A stretch of 64,000 bases of DNA from the human T2T-CHM13v2.0 reference genome, Homo sapiens (GCF_009914755.1 NC_060933.1), one strand, 5' to 3'. Counted from the first letter of the stretch, positions 40,051 through 54,183 are shown. Notes: a model not told the origin generated them from the letters alone. Numbers and translations: made by a program.

Positions 40051-41269
40051 CCTTCCTCCTGCTAAATGTGCTTCTCCCACAAGGCAAAACGGATTGAGGG
40101 AGGATGACTCTCAGATATAAAAAATAATCAGTTCTCAAAGAAAAGCTCTCATACTCTTAAATTTAACTCCAAAGACGAACAAGCATTTAATGGGGATTTT
40201 AGCCACCATGGATCCCCAGCCCTATTTCAGAGGCACTCAGCCGGTCGTTGAGTCATCGAATGCCCTGGTATAGATTCTACGTTTTTTATTGTTGCTGCTG
40301 TTCTGATTAGATTTGTAAAAATTTGTTCATTACTTTTAAATTTTTTAAAGAGGCTGTTCTGGAGAAAAACAAAAGAGAAATATGAATGGTTGTAGTGAAG
40401 ATGATTATCCTTCAGCCATGCTCTGCTAACACACCATTCTCCCCCAATCCAACCCCTTCTCAGTTAATACAATACTTCGAAAATGAAGAGCTAATTTTCT
40501 TGATCTGAAAACCATAGAGCTTGTGTTTTATCTTTTTCTTTATAAATTTGGGAAGAGATTTTAATCTCATAGCTAGTCAAGTGATTCCCCAACCATTTTT
40601 ACGGACAAAAGACATGACATTTTACATGGGCCAGAACTTTTTTGAAAGAGCCAAGCTGTAGGAAGTCAGCAATAGAGGAATCCAAAAAAATCATAAAACC
40701 AAGACTCACTTCAAGGTGAGGAGAAGGTAAATGGTGGGTACAGCTGACCCAGGACTAGGTTGGAACGTGAGCCAAGGCTTCCTAATGGCCATCAGTTAAC
40801 TTCTCCTGAAACTGAGGTCTCACTAAAATTCCTTTTTACTTTTATAGGATGGAAATATTAGAAACACAATAAATGAAAATGTGACAATTTCTATACTGTT
40901 TATATTTCCTTTTCTCCCCCTTTTACTTTTCCCTTGGCTTTTAAAATAAAATTCTCCTTGAAAATGTGAGTCTGTCTCATCTACACTGAGGGGCTATAAG
41001 GAAGGGGATGATTATCCAACATGGGAGTAAAGTATTGCAGGGGATATGAGTATTACAGGGGGCCTGTAGTGATGGTAGGAACATCCTGGAATGGGTACAT
41101 GAGGCCTTGAGGCACGCTAGTGTGCTGAGCACAGCCTGTCCTACTGTATACCACAGCCCCAGGGGACAAGAGTGGTCAAGAAACCCTGCAGAAACCACAG
41201 CTAGGCCTGAACAGCTGCAAAGTCTCCCATTTTTATCCTAAAATTTTATGTGAATTGTAGATTGTACTC

Positions 41270-41450
41270 CATAATACCACAAGCCACAACATCTAAAATG
41301 CATTATTGCAAGACACATCATTATTTTATTTATCACTAGAAACAAAATAAAAGGCTGCAAGTTAAACTGGGGCACAGCATTGATTGTAAAATGTATTCTA
41401 AGTTCAAAGATGTTAAAACATGAATGTCTGAGGATCAATAAAATATTGGA
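41270..41450. mobile_element. Old Tigger-type (Tigger15a/MamRep434-like) relic
   Basis: TTGCAAGACACATCATTATTTTAT...GATTGTAAAATGTATTC...GTCTGAGGATCAATAAAATATTG. Confidence 0.45.
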
Positions 41451-41710
41451 TATTGTCTAGATTTAATATAAAAACATCATTTTCCTCTTCTTCCAATCTT
41501 TAAACAGTTTAATTCAAAAAGTTGTGCCATATTTCTCCTTTGACTTTATGTGGGATGTGGAGGCACATTACCACAAACTCCCTGGGTATTCATATCCCCG
41601 TTTACATAGCAGTAATTACACCATTTCCTGGTGTCAGTGGTAGGAAGCATCTTTGGGGGTGATGGGTAAAGGGAAGGATTCTGGAACATTTTTTCAATTA
41701 AAACCCTAAA

Positions 41711-42200
41711 AACCCAAGATAACTGAAAACATTTGTTCAAACAAAATCTTGTACACACACTTAGAAAAAAGTAGAAACCAAGCGTTCATCAACTGATGAA
41801 TGGATAAATAAAATATGTCGTAGTCCTACAATAAAATAATATTCAGCTATGAAAAACAGTAAAGTACTGATACATCCCATAACATGGATGAACTTTGAAA
41901 ACACTGTGGTAAGTGAAAGAAGCCAGTCATAAAAGGTCGTATATGATGATTCAATTTATGTAAAATGTCCAGAATAGGTAAATCTATAGAGGTAGCAAGA
42001 TCAGTGGTTGTCAGGAGCTGGGGGAAGTCAGGAATGGGGAGTAACCGTTTAATAGATACGAGATTTGTCTTTCGGGTGATGAGAATTTTCTGCAATTAGA
42101 TACTGGTGATTATTGCACAACATTGTGAATACACTAAACATCACTAAATTGTAAATTTAAAAAGTCAATTTTGTTATGTGAATTTTATCTCAATTAAAAA
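41711..42200 (+). mobile_element. L1MB-type 3' end
   Basis: CATCAACTGATGAATGGATAAA...AAATGTCCAGAATAGGTAAATCTATAGAG...ATGTGAATTTTATCTCAATTAAAAA. Confidence 0.88.
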
Positions 42201-43291
42201 TGGGTTTTTTAGGAAAAACCCTACTCAAAGGGTATTGTTTTGTTTGTAGTTTCTCCAGTTAAAAGCAGAAGCAACTGTTGGAAACAGGATTGGGAAGACA
42301 TTTAACGCAGCCTACTTAGTTCCCCCTTATTCTTACTCCAACGAGTGACCTCTGAGGTTCTTCTGCAGAAGCCTGGGGCTTTGGAGAGCCAGTTTGAAAC
42401 TGACTTCCTTTAAACTCTTCCGGCAAAGTGGACTCTCCCTTTGTCCCATCTTCCTTGGTGTGTGATAAGACTCTGAGTCCCTTTCTTCCAGTAATCATTT
42501 CCCTGAGCAGTGAGGAGAGTACATTGCTCCAAGTCCCCTCCTTCCTTCTCCAGTTCTTCTAGGTACTCCAGATTCAAACTGCTTCTGCACTGGCACCATG
42601 TTCCTCACATATTCTGGAGCCAAGTTTTTATACCACCCACATCCACCGTGAAAGGGCAGCCACAAGACAACAGAGAAACATTATGCTCTGCTAGAAAGAT
42701 TTTTTTTCCCCAACCTTGAATGCCCTCTGGAATGCGGCACATGAACACACACATTGCACATACACACATAGGTATGTGGATTGCTCAGTCACAGGTGCTG
42801 CTTTGGTCAGTAATGTCCAGTTTTGCCTGCCTCAAGCTCAACATGTTTTAAGAGTTGCTCATGACAGACTCACTTATTCTCTCCATGTTGGGACTCTGTC
42901 TTTCTTATAAATTGATTTACCTGCCCCAGACCCCACCTCCATAGTCCTAGATTTATGGCTGATACCAGTGCCTCTGGCTCTAATCCTGGTTGTTCTGTGT
43001 CTCATGTCTGCTATTTGTGTAGCCTTTCCTCCTGGAAACTCACTCTTTTGGCTCTGCAGAGTGGCCTGGATAAGGGCAGCCAGGAGCGTCAAGCTTCACC
43101 TACACTAACTCACCAAAAAGCCTACAATAGTATTTCCTACTTCTCTCCTTATGCTATTTTCTGTATTGATGTACCCTTTCCTTCTCTTTTTCATGACAAA
43201 CACACTCATGTTTTAAGGCTCAGCTCAGATCCAGAAAATGAGGCCTGAGCATATACGAAAGGACTTACCTCCCATTCCATACACATAATCA

Positions 43292-43813
<522 letters not shown>

Positions 43814-44149
43814 TCAAAACCTGTCACAGAAGTGGGAAAAGATTATGTATGAATCTGAGTCATTTTTACCTGGGGGAACCGGAACCCTGAACAAAGAAGG
43901 ATGGCTCAAAGAATATCCCAGCTATGCAATGGGGACTCTACCACCAGTCCCCAACTTCCAGGACCGTAAGTTGAACCTTGTGAGTAACAAGAATCATTGG
44001 CTTAAGACAAATATACCTGTGAAATTCAAGTTCACATAACCTTTAGGATGTTAAGTCTCCAAGATGAAACATTAATAATAAAAATATTAGGCTCCAGGTT
44101 TGTGAAATCTATAGGAATGCTTCTATAATATAGAACACAAAATATAACT

Positions 44150-45845
44150 ATAAACCTTTACTGAAATGACTTTCTGGTAAAAATTAAGCATCACACAAAG
44201 AACAAACCACAATGAATAATCAGCATAGGAAGCAAGTGGAAGAACCAATGTTTTATGAATTGGATAATTGTAAAATCCAAAAGATGTTGTAAAGTAAGTA
44301 TATTTAAAATGGCAAAAGAGATAGATGGATGTAAGAATATATTAGTCAAGAACAACAGAATATATAGAAAGATTAGAAGTATTTTTTTAAAAAATGAATA
44401 GAAACTCTAGAAATTAACAGAGTTGTAGACATTACAAACCATGGATGGACAATACAGTCAAATGGAGGAGAAGATAATTCTTGAACTGGAATATAGCTCC
44501 GAAGAAATCAACGAGAATGCAGTTCAATGATACAAAGAGATGAAAGATAAAATTAGACCTACAGGATAACATAAAAATATCCTGCATGCACCTATTCGAG
44601 AGAATGTTATTCCAGGGGAGAGTGATGTTCATAGACAAACAGACATTTTTTTCCGGTTTTAAAAAATGGATCAAACAACCTATATAGTCCTGGCAAGACA
44701 AATAAACACAAGTCCATACCCAAGATATCTTATATCGATAGGATAGAATATCAAAGAGAAATTCTTAAAAGGTACAAGAAAGGAAAGTGAGATCATCAAC
44801 AAAGGGATGACTGTTAGCCTGACAACTGTCAACCTAACATTTTACACTTAGGTTAAACCATAATTTGGAAGTAAAATTTACATGAAAACATTTGCAGACA
44901 GGAAGCAGACTTGTTAACTCACTGGCCTCTTCAAAAGGACTATAAAAGGGTGAACTGAAGTAAAAAGGAAACTGAAGGTAAATAAACAGTGTGGGATAAA
45001 AGAGATGACATTGAGTAAATATTATTAAATTAAGTACAGTTAATGTTAAATAAGTATAAACTTCGAATGTATGCATAAATGTGTGTATATATGCATATGC
45101 ACATACAATAATGGAAAGGTTAAAAAGAGTAGAAATAAAATACTTTCCAATTACATAGAAGATACAAAAAGGGATTTCATAGTTAGAGGGTCCTATGCAC
45201 TTCATGGTATTCACATAGAAAATAGAAATGCAGATTAATTTTAAACCTTATTAAATATAGTATGCATGTTAAAATTAAAGAATATTCTCTAAATTAATCC
45301 AAATGGAATGTATAATTTACAATTAAAAATGAGGAAATAAAGATAACTTTATCAATCTAGTAGAAGGCATATAAGAAGTTTAAAAGAAGCCAAAATAAGG
45401 CACAGTAATAGAATGCAACCTGGCAACGGAAATGAATGTCTAATCTGTGTGTATTGAGGTGGATAGGTCACAAAAACATAACAATCAGAGTAAAAGAGAA
45501 AGTGGGCAAAGTTTATATATGGTGTTAACTTACATAACTCTGCTAACACATGAAAACATGCCATTCTCGTGGATATGTACAAATACAGAAACATGATTGT
45601 GAAGTGCTTACACCATTACCAGGGTAGGAATTGGTTCCAAAGATTGAAAAAGAAAAGTATAGAATTAAAAAGAGCCACAAAAATGTTTTCTACCATATTG
45701 GTAATCTTTAATTCTGTGTAAGTTTGGAAGCATCTGTGAAAAACTGTTGACATTAGTTAAATCTAATTAGGGAATATGTGAATGTTTTATTATATTGTAT
45801 TATCCTGATACTTTTCTATAAAATTGAAACATACCTAGAAAGAAG
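44150..45845 (+). mobile_element. Highly diverged L1M fragments (ORF1 region onward)
   Basis: A-rich strand bias; AAATGAATAGAAACTCTAGAAAT...TGAACTGGAATATAG...GAAATCAACGAGAATGCAG resemble L1M ORF1. Confidence 0.6.
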
Positions 45846-45949
45846 ATTCTACTTAGGATACCTCTCTGTCTCTAAACAGTGTCTGATATCTCTTTTCTGT
45901 CTCGTAGCACCATGCACTTAACTTTGGACAGTGCCTATCAGACGGCTTT

Positions 45950-46390
45950 GGTGGTATTTTGGGGAAGCAGAGCCTGAGACAGGGGTTTGGGTTCATGTGA
46001 TTTATAGAGGGAAAGCTCTTCAGTAAAAACCTGTAATGGAGGAAGTTAAGTCGGTTAAGATAGGGGAAAGAGCCAACCACAGACATGATCTGAGGCAGAG
46101 TCTAGCCTTAGCTTGATCCACAGGGATAAGACTCTGGAGCAAAAAACCACAGCACAGGGTTTTCTCCTTTGAAGTAAGATGCCTGCCGTTTGTTTATTAG
46201 TATCCATTTGGCTGTGGGCTGCCCCCTAGTGGAGGTGAGTGGGTCTGAGAAGCCAAGTACAGTTCTCCCAAGAAGGGAGTGGGGGCGGCTGGGAACTCAA
46301 AACAGTAGTCAACACTCAGAACAGCTAGACCTTTGATGCATGGACCCTGCAAAGGCCATCTGGGTAGGGCAATAATCAACTTCTACCACA
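45950..46390 (-). mobile_element. LTR16-family ERVL solo LTR
   Basis: GAAGCAGAGCCTGAGACAGGGG...GTGATTTATAGAGGG...GGCTGTGGGCTGCCCC...CTACCACA. Confidence 0.75.
46217..46235 (-). promoter_or_regulatory. CTCF motif (CCTCCACTAGGGGGCAGCC on minus strand)
   Basis: Core CCACTAGGGGGCAG is an exact fit to the CTCF core consensus; lies inside LTR16. Confidence 0.6.
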
Positions 46391-46700
46391 CCTGTATCAT
46401 TCTTATACATTCATGTACCTCTCTAATGCACTTTCTCTACTCTTCTGGACCCCAAGTTCCTTAAATCTGGGGCCAGGTAGAACAAATCAGGGTTGATCAG
46501 GTCCTACTCAGCTTTTTTTTTTTTTTTTTACCTCCAGGAGTAGCACAGTGTTTCATACATGATAATCTACATGTTTAGTGACCTGAAATAAGCAGGAAGA
46601 AAATGACTCTGCAATACTAAAAAGGGAATGTCAATAGGAAAAAGGCCTAAAGTCTATTTTTACTTCTGCATTCCTGAGGTTGTTGGTGGAAGGCTGACTT

Positions 46701-47190
46701 TTTTTTCCTATTTTTTTTTTTTTTTATTTTTAAAATTGACATAGAAAATGGCATGTATTTATCAGGCACAATATGATGTTTTGAGGTATTTATCATCAGG
46801 GAAATGTAAGTTAAAACCACAATGAGATATCACCTCACTCCTGCTACAATGTCTATTATCAGAAAGACAAAAGATCTTCATGTTGGTGAGGATGTGGAAA
46901 AAAGGGAAACCTTGTGCATTGTTGGTGAAAATGTAAATTATTATAGCCACTATGGAAAACATGATGGAGACTTCTCAAAAAATTGAAAATAGAACTACCA
47001 TATGATCCAGCAATCCCACTACCAGGTATTTATCCAAAGCAAATGAAATCAGCATGTTGAAGAGATATTTGTTCTTCCACATCTATTGAAACATTGTGCA
47101 CAATAGCCAAGATATGGAAGCAATTTAAGTGTCCATCAAAAGATGAGTAGCTAAAAATATATATATATAGCATCTATATGCAATGGAATA
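46701..47190 (-). mobile_element. L1MA-type insertion with 5' inversion
   Basis: Poly-T and about 90 bp of L1 3' end on minus, joined to about 400 bp of L1 ORF2-end/3'UTR on plus; flanking CTGACTT at 46694-46700 and 47191-47197. Confidence 0.8.
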
Positions 47191-47559
47191 CTGACTTGTT
47201 GACAACCTGATAAAGATATGTGCATGCATGCATCCATTCATCAAGCATTTATTCAGCACCTACTATGTACTAGGCACTGGAGTTTAAAAGCTGTATATAT
47301 TATGCTTATGTCCTCAAAGAAGTTACATTACATTCAAATGAATAAGACATCTGATTTTTACCAACTTATATCTATTGAGGGCTCAGCTTCTAGAACCTGT
47401 GAGAGCTACCATGCTGAATAATTGATGCTACCCGCCCATAAGCCCTTAGATTCAGAAAAGGAAATGGGCATACATGCAAAAAAATTCTGATACTTGATAA
47501 ACTGTTACATGTAAAATAAACTGAATTCAACAATGTGACATATGTTCAGTGCATGATGT

Positions 47560-48850
47560 AATTTGTTCATCCATTCAGCTATTCATTTGTTCACTTCTTG
47601 TTTGATCAAATATTTAATAAGGGCCTATTGCATACTAAACACCAGAAGTACTTGGTATAAAGTATTGGATAAGGCAACATAATTCATACATTTACAGCTT
47701 ATAGACTAACAGGAAAGACAAATATTCTAGAGATACTCATAAGTAAATATATAATGACAAGCTGCAATAACTCTATGAATGAAGAAAACCAAGTATCATG
47801 AAGCAAGATAATGGGCAAGACCGTGAGTTGGCTTAAGGAGTTATCAAAAGCATCTCAAATTTACCTTTTTTGTTTGTTATGAATGAAAAAATAGGATAAG
47901 CAAGTAAAGAGAGAGAGAAAGAGTATTCCACATGAGGGGAAAAGAATCACAACGTTTCTGATGTTGGCTTGCATTTCCCACTGCAGTACAGAAAATTGGA
48001 AAATGGCTGGAGTGAGATCTCAAGGGCCAGATCATGCTTTACTTTGCAGGCCTCATTGAGATATTTGAATTTTATTCCAAATATTAAAGGAGGCCACCAG
48101 GAAGTTCAAGCATAGGAGTGACTTGGACTGATTTGTGCTTTTAAAAGGATTCGTCTATTAAAGTGGAGAATGGGTTAGAGCAAAACAAGACTGGGATGAG
48201 AAAAAAAGACTGTTGTCCAGTAGTCAAATGAGAGTGGCTTAAAGTAGGCAGGAGAGATTTAACATATATGTTGAGGGTTGAGTGGATAGACAAAGCTGGG
48301 AGATGGATTGAAGATGAGGCATGAAGAAGAAGAAGTATAAGAATAATTTCAGATTTGGGGGCTTAAGCAACCGGGAAGATGAAAGAACTATTAGGTGAGA
48401 TGGAGAAGAATGGAGCAGAGATTAATTCTGCCTAATAGAAGGCCCTTTGGGGTATCCCAAGAAGGTCCCTTGGGATAGGGAATATCTGGACAGGAGTTTG
48501 AAAGGAGAACATTTAAAAAGGTTAATATGGGAAAAGGGTGGTTGTTCTAGGCAGAGAGAACAATGTGAACAAAAGCCTGAGGATGCAAGAGTGCATGGCT
48601 CGGAGAATGGCAGTAAGAGTATGGCATTGCATATGCAAAGTTGCACAGTGTGGGGATGTTGTTTTCAGCATACAAGATTGAAAAGTTAAGTAGACATGAG
48701 GAATCAAAGTATTTGAAATTAATCCTGTATAAAAGATAAATGTTGAAGGTTTTGAGGCAGTGGAATAACATGTTCAGACCTGTTTTGTTGTTGTTGTTGT
48801 TGTTGTTGTTTAGGAAGATCTTCAGAATTTCTGGAGTTCTGTAAGAGAGA
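47560..48850 (-). mobile_element. L2 relics
   Basis: CATTCAGCTATTCATTTGTTCA...AAATATTTAAT...GGGCCAGATCATGC...CAGATTTGGGGGCTTAAGCAACCGGGAAGATG. Confidence 0.75.
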
Positions 48851-49398
48851 TAAAATAGTCAGTGGTGGAGAAAGAGACATTTTGGGAAAATTGAAATATA
48901 TGCAGTCTTTCTTTTTTTAGCAACTCTAACAGATCTGTTTAAGAATATGAGCATACATTATGTATAATTTGGGTTGTTTTTAAAAAGATCATGTTTGTTA
49001 TATATAGAGCTGCTAAGGCCTGGGCTACTCTTGAAATAGATTTTATTTGCCCATTAAGATGAAGGTGGGGTACCGAGGGCTACCCACAGGTCAATATATT
49101 GCCTTGTCAAATCTGTCATTTCCAACCTGAATTTTCATACCTCTTTTATAATTGAAAAAGGCAAAGCTGGTTTTGCTTTTGTTTGTGGGTGGACTGCTGT
49201 TTTGACCATTAAGGTGTGCTTTGACCAAAAAAGCAAATTAAGAAAAATGCAGCTGGGAAATTATGGGACAGTACACACTATTCATGGTGTGGAATTATAA
49301 AAACATATATGTATACATATGTATAAATAGTGTTTCTATTTTTGCTTCATCTGTACCTTATATATGTGTTTTTTAAAAATCAAAGAAATGTCTTAGGC

Positions 49399-49600
49399 CA
49401 GGAGTCAGTAAACTCTCTGTAAAAACCAAGATAATAAACATTTTTAGGCTTTGTGGGCTATATGGTCTCTGTCACAACCACTCAACTCTGCCTTGTAGTG
49501 CAAAGCTGCCATAGACAATATATAACCAAATGAATATGATTGTGTTCCAATTAACTTTATTTACAAAAACAGGTGCTGAGTCACAGTTTGCTAACCCTTG
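49399..49600 (-). mobile_element. MER58A
   Basis: CAGGAGTCAGTAAACT...TTAGGCTTTGTGGGC...CTCAACTCTGCC...TTTATTTACAAAAACAGG; TSD TCTTAGGC/TCTGAGAC. Confidence 0.9.
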
Positions 49601-49863
49601 TCTGAGACTCCCTAAGCTGAAAATATAATAAGGGTTCATTTTGGCTACCCTTAAATATCTACCTCTGTGTTTGTATAACATACAGAGTTCATACAGCATT
49701 GTTATATCTGTTTATCACTTACAAAGCTTGCTCAGTTTAATCTATTCATGTGCAATAGAATCAGTCCCCAATAAAACTAAGCCCCAGGTATGGCAGCCCT
49801 TTGTTTTAATCAAAGTTATACAAATTTGTTACCAAACTTTATTTTTGTTCATCCCAGTTTTGA

Positions 49864-50205
<342 letters not shown>

Positions 50206-50377
50206 TGATAATTACTAAACTAACCTCCTCAGATCAAATTATCACTCACCCTACAACAGGAAGGAAAGAAAAAAGCAGCAGGAGGAAGAGGAAAATGAGA
50301 ACAAGGAGGAAGACTTGATGAAGATAAAAGGAGGAGGCACTACTTTTTAAATTTTTTTGGTTAGAAATCATGGTCCA

Positions 50378-51336
50378 ACCTACAGAAGGGAGAAAATATT
50401 TGCAAACTATGCATCCAACAGTGTTCTAATATCTAGAGTCTATAAGGAACTTAAACAAAACAAGAAGCATAAAACAAACAACTGCATTAAAAAGTGGGCA
50501 AAAGACATGAACAGGCACTTCTCAAAAGAAAACATATATGAAACCAACAAACATGAAAAACTGGTTAGTATCACTAATCATCAGAGAAATGCAAATCAAA
50601 ACCACAGTGAGATATCATCTCATACCAGTCAGAATGGCTACTATTAAATAGTCCAAAATTAATAGTTGCTAGTGAGACTGCAGAGAAGAGGGAATGCCTA
50701 TACATTGTTGGTGGGAAAGTAAATTAGTTCAGCCACTGTGGAAAGCAGTTTGGAGATTTCTCAATGAACAAAACAGAAGTACCATTTGACCCAGCGATTT
50801 CATTACTGAGTATATATCTGAAGGAAAATACATTGTTCTACCAAACAGACACATGCACTCATATATTTATTACAGCGCTGTTCACAATAGTAAATACATG
50901 AAATCAATCTAAGTGCCCATCAATGATGGAATGAAAAAAGAAAATTTGGTGCCTATACACCATGGACTACTCTGCAGCCATAAAAAAGAATGAAATCATG
51001 TCTTTGCAGCAACACAGATGCAGTTGGAAGTCATCATCCTAAGCAAACTAAAACAGAAACAGAAAACCAAATACCACATGTTTTCTCTTATAAGTGGGAG
51101 CCAAACATTGGGTACTGATAGACACGCAGATGTCAACAATAGACACTGAAGACTAATAGAGCGAAGAGGAGGGAAATGGGGCAAGAGTTGAAACATTAAC
51201 TGTTGGGTACGATGCTCACTATCTGGGCGATGGGATCATTTGTATCCCAAAACTCAGCATCACATAATGTACCGATGTAACAAACCTGCATATATATCCC
51301 CTGAATCAAAAATAAAAATGAAAATTATTTAAAAAA
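50378..51336 (+). mobile_element. 5'-truncated L1PA (about PA15/16)
   Basis: Encodes decayed ORF2p C-terminus (EKIFANY...IKKWAKDMNRHFSKE); TSD AGAAATCATGGTCCA / AGAACTCATGGTCCA. Confidence 0.93.
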
Positions 51337-51439
51337 AGAACTCATGGTCCAGGCTGTGTGCCAAAATTTTGCAAATATTATTAATTCCCTCACCAAAACC
51401 ATACAGTTACTATCACCATTTAAATATTGACAAGAAGAC

Positions 51440-51928
51440 TTTTAGGTGTGGTTTCTTTACAAGCAGTCACTAGGACAAAGATGTGAATGCAAACAGTTTA
51501 TCTAAGAGGCAATCCCAGGAAATAATGTGAAGGAATTAGCAAGAGGCCAAAGAAAGGGAAGAAATAATAGATGTGTTATTGAGGGGGCCACTGACACTAA
51601 ATTTTTCTGGGGACCTTTTTAGAGACTGTGAAGAACACACATTGTAACTGTCCAACTGAGGATCAAAGAGACTGGAGTATTTCACCATCCACTCCCATCC
51701 CTTATGAGTTAAGTTTGCTCCTGGGTCATTAACTCCTTGCATTTTCCATTCAGCTCTATAGGTGGGCTGATATCATTCATGTAACCAGAGAACACCGTTA
51801 GGGAGAGACAAAGAGATACTGAGGGTAGAAAACTGATGGTTATGTATAGGAATTGTCCCCTAACCTTTCAGATGACCTCTGGCATGGGCCAAGGTGATGC
51901 AAATGGGGTACCAGCCGTATATGCTACA
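51440..51928 (-). mobile_element. LTR16A-like ERVL solo LTR
   Basis: GACAAAGATGTGAATGCAAACAGTTTAT...TCCCAGGAA...CATTAACTCCTTGCATTTTCC...GCTACA. Confidence 0.7.
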
Positions 51929-52574
51929 GACACTGACACCAAAGTCTCCAATGCCTGATGCTATATTTCCTGTCTCATATCCATTATTTATTCCTGCTTT
52001 GTTCTCACTCAACACTGTTATCATTTAGTCCTAAAGCTAAGGGAAAGCTGGAGTCAATCTCCAGGAGGGCCTTTAATAATTCTTCTAGTTTTCCCAGGAG
52101 CTTTCTTTTCCCAGTATGTCAGAGACCACTCTTAACACAAAGACACTGGTTTGTGTCCAGTCTGGCATGGTAAATGTTAGTGGCAAAGAAATTAAAGCTA
52201 AGTAGTTACAGTCCACTAAATCACTCCCAGCCTGCTGTTTACCTTCATGGAATACAGATGCAAGATTTACTAGGTAGCAAACATCAGCAGATACTGTGGC
52301 TCACAAGTCAAATGATGGCTATTTTAACAGCAATGGGAAATTTTCTTTGTTTGGAACCTTGGAAGTAGACACCCAGGCATGGGGAAAAACATTTAGAAAA
52401 AAAATTAAGTGCTTTATAAAGTGTTAGTATAAATTAAAAAAAATAACTGACTACTTTTTTTTTTTAAACATACCTTTCCTCTCTGTGCTTTACATCCATC
52501 TTCCAGAGTAGGAGTCAGCAGGGGACTGATTTATTTATAGCATGTGGGCTAACATATGGGAAAAGCATAAGGCC

Positions 52575-52830
52575 TTGTTTCTATGTTCCTCCAGAGGGCA
52601 GATCCAGAACTGGGGGTGGGGAAGTGCAGGGAGGAGAAGCTCCAATAAATGATTGAACCCAATATAAGGAAAAACTTTCCAGCAGTTAGCACTCTCAAAC
52701 ACTAAAGCTTTACTGCCTCGTGAAGCAGTGAGCTCCCTACTAATGAAGGTGCAAGATTTTCATTTGTTGTGATCAGAATAGTGGAAGCTATGGCATTGGA
52801 TGAAAGCTGAGAAGAGATGACCCTTGAAAT
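52575..52830 (+). mobile_element. L3/CR1 3' end
   Basis: CTCCAGAGGGCAGA...AATATAAGGAAAAACTTTC...CTGCCTCGTGAAGCAGTGAGCTCCC...AGATGACCCTTG. Confidence 0.65.
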
Positions 52831-52834
52831 AATG

Positions 52835-53015
52835 ATCTCTGAAGTCCAATAGCCTGTGCTCAATCTTGGCTCTGTTAATGTGAATCACTCTGATCTTTAT
52901 TCTCTAATCTGTAAAATGGGAATAATGACAGTATATGTTCACAGGATTGCTTCGTGAATTTCCTAAGATAATGCATGTAAAAGGTCTCACCATAGTAATC
53001 ATTTAACTGATATGT
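52835..53015 (+). mobile_element. MIR SINE
   Basis: ATCTGTAAAATGGGAATAATGACAG...GATAATGCATGTAAAAG. Confidence 0.75.
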
Positions 53016-53539
53016 TGTTGTTATCAAGGAGCTCACAAGGGAGGGCTTTGCATAGAAATTCTCTCAGCAAACACACTCTGAGTACTATCTTTATTTTAGG
53101 ATTGTGCCGGACACTGAAATTCAGAAATGGATACACTGGGTTCTTTTCCACAAAGATCTCCCAGGGTGCATGTGTTTGTGTACAGGGATGTCCTAAGGGC
53201 TTGTTAGTCCAGGGAGACCTCCTGGCCTGGGTCTCAGGAAGCAGTCCATCTGGCTGAATCCCAGCAACTCTTCCTGGGAGACAGTATGTCTTATGGGTAA
53301 GGGAAATAGGAGAGCCACATGATTCCATGCTATTTCTAGATGGGTAACAGACACAGTGAACTCCAGAGGAATGCAGGTAATCAGGGAAATATATCCCAAA
53401 TGTTTTTTTCCAGGACAATTAAAACGGGTGCTAAAATCAGCTTTACAGGTAAAAAGAAGTCTCAAAAACTTTGTCAGTGTGCGTGGGGTTAGCTTTTTTC
53501 AGAATTAGGAACACAATCATTAAAAAAAAGAAGCAAAGA

Positions 53540-53730
53540 ACTACAATTTATTGAGCACCTACTAAATACCAGGCATTGCCCTAGATGCTTTCTGTGCACT
53601 GCAATACTTAATCTGTTCAATAGCCTTGTGAAATAAGTACTACTATTATTATCATAACCATTTTGTAGAAGAAGAAGAAAAAAAACAGGCCTGAAGAGAA
53701 TAAATTACTCACCTGGGATCACAAGGTACA
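53540..53730 (-). mobile_element. MIR SINE
   Basis: ATTTATTGAGCACCTACTAAATACCAGGCATTG...CCATTTTGTAGA. Confidence 0.75.
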
Positions 53731-53999
53731 CAGTTGGAGAGACTCCCAGGCTAATTATTTGCCCAGGAAGGAAAGACTGATGGAGAAACAGTCATTTGCT
53801 AGCCATTCTCCCTAAGCCAGAAACGGTACTGGCTGTAGCTTCTGGGCTTTATGAGGACAGCTGAGCATTCTGGACCTGAGAGCTGCTGCTGACTTGCTTT
53901 TGCTGCCTGTGGTTCCCTGTCTGTAATCTGGAACCATATGTGTCTACAAAACTACTTTGAGATAAATAATAAAAATGGGGAATGGGAAAAGAGGTGGCA

Positions 54000-54013
54000 G
54001 TTGCCATGGAAAC
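54000..54013. promoter_or_regulatory. RFX X-box (GTTGCCATGGAAAC)
   Basis: Exact fit to GTTNCCATGGNAAC, in non-repeat DNA. Confidence 0.6.
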
Positions 54014-54183
54014 ACAGGAGTCTTTGTATGACTTGATTTGGGGCAGTGACATTCATAAAGGTGTGTGAAATGGGAGCATTTTCCTGTGACACCATGTGGA
54101 AGCGGGAAGATTACAGGTGAGACCCCCAATTCAAAGCAGTAGCCGGTGGACCCGGGTGGAGGCATAGAAATAGCCCAGGATTC

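Noticed and set aside
50357-50647. ORF with similarity to L1 ORF2p
   Set aside because: Frameshifted fragment of a truncated L1, not a gene
52588-52601. CTCF-like CCTCCAGAGGGCAG
   Set aside because: Deviates at a core position and is largely inherited from the L3 consensus; weaker than the two reported sites
52999-53418. 139-aa minus-strand ORF
   Set aside because: No homology recognised; overlapping ORFs on both strands suggest chance
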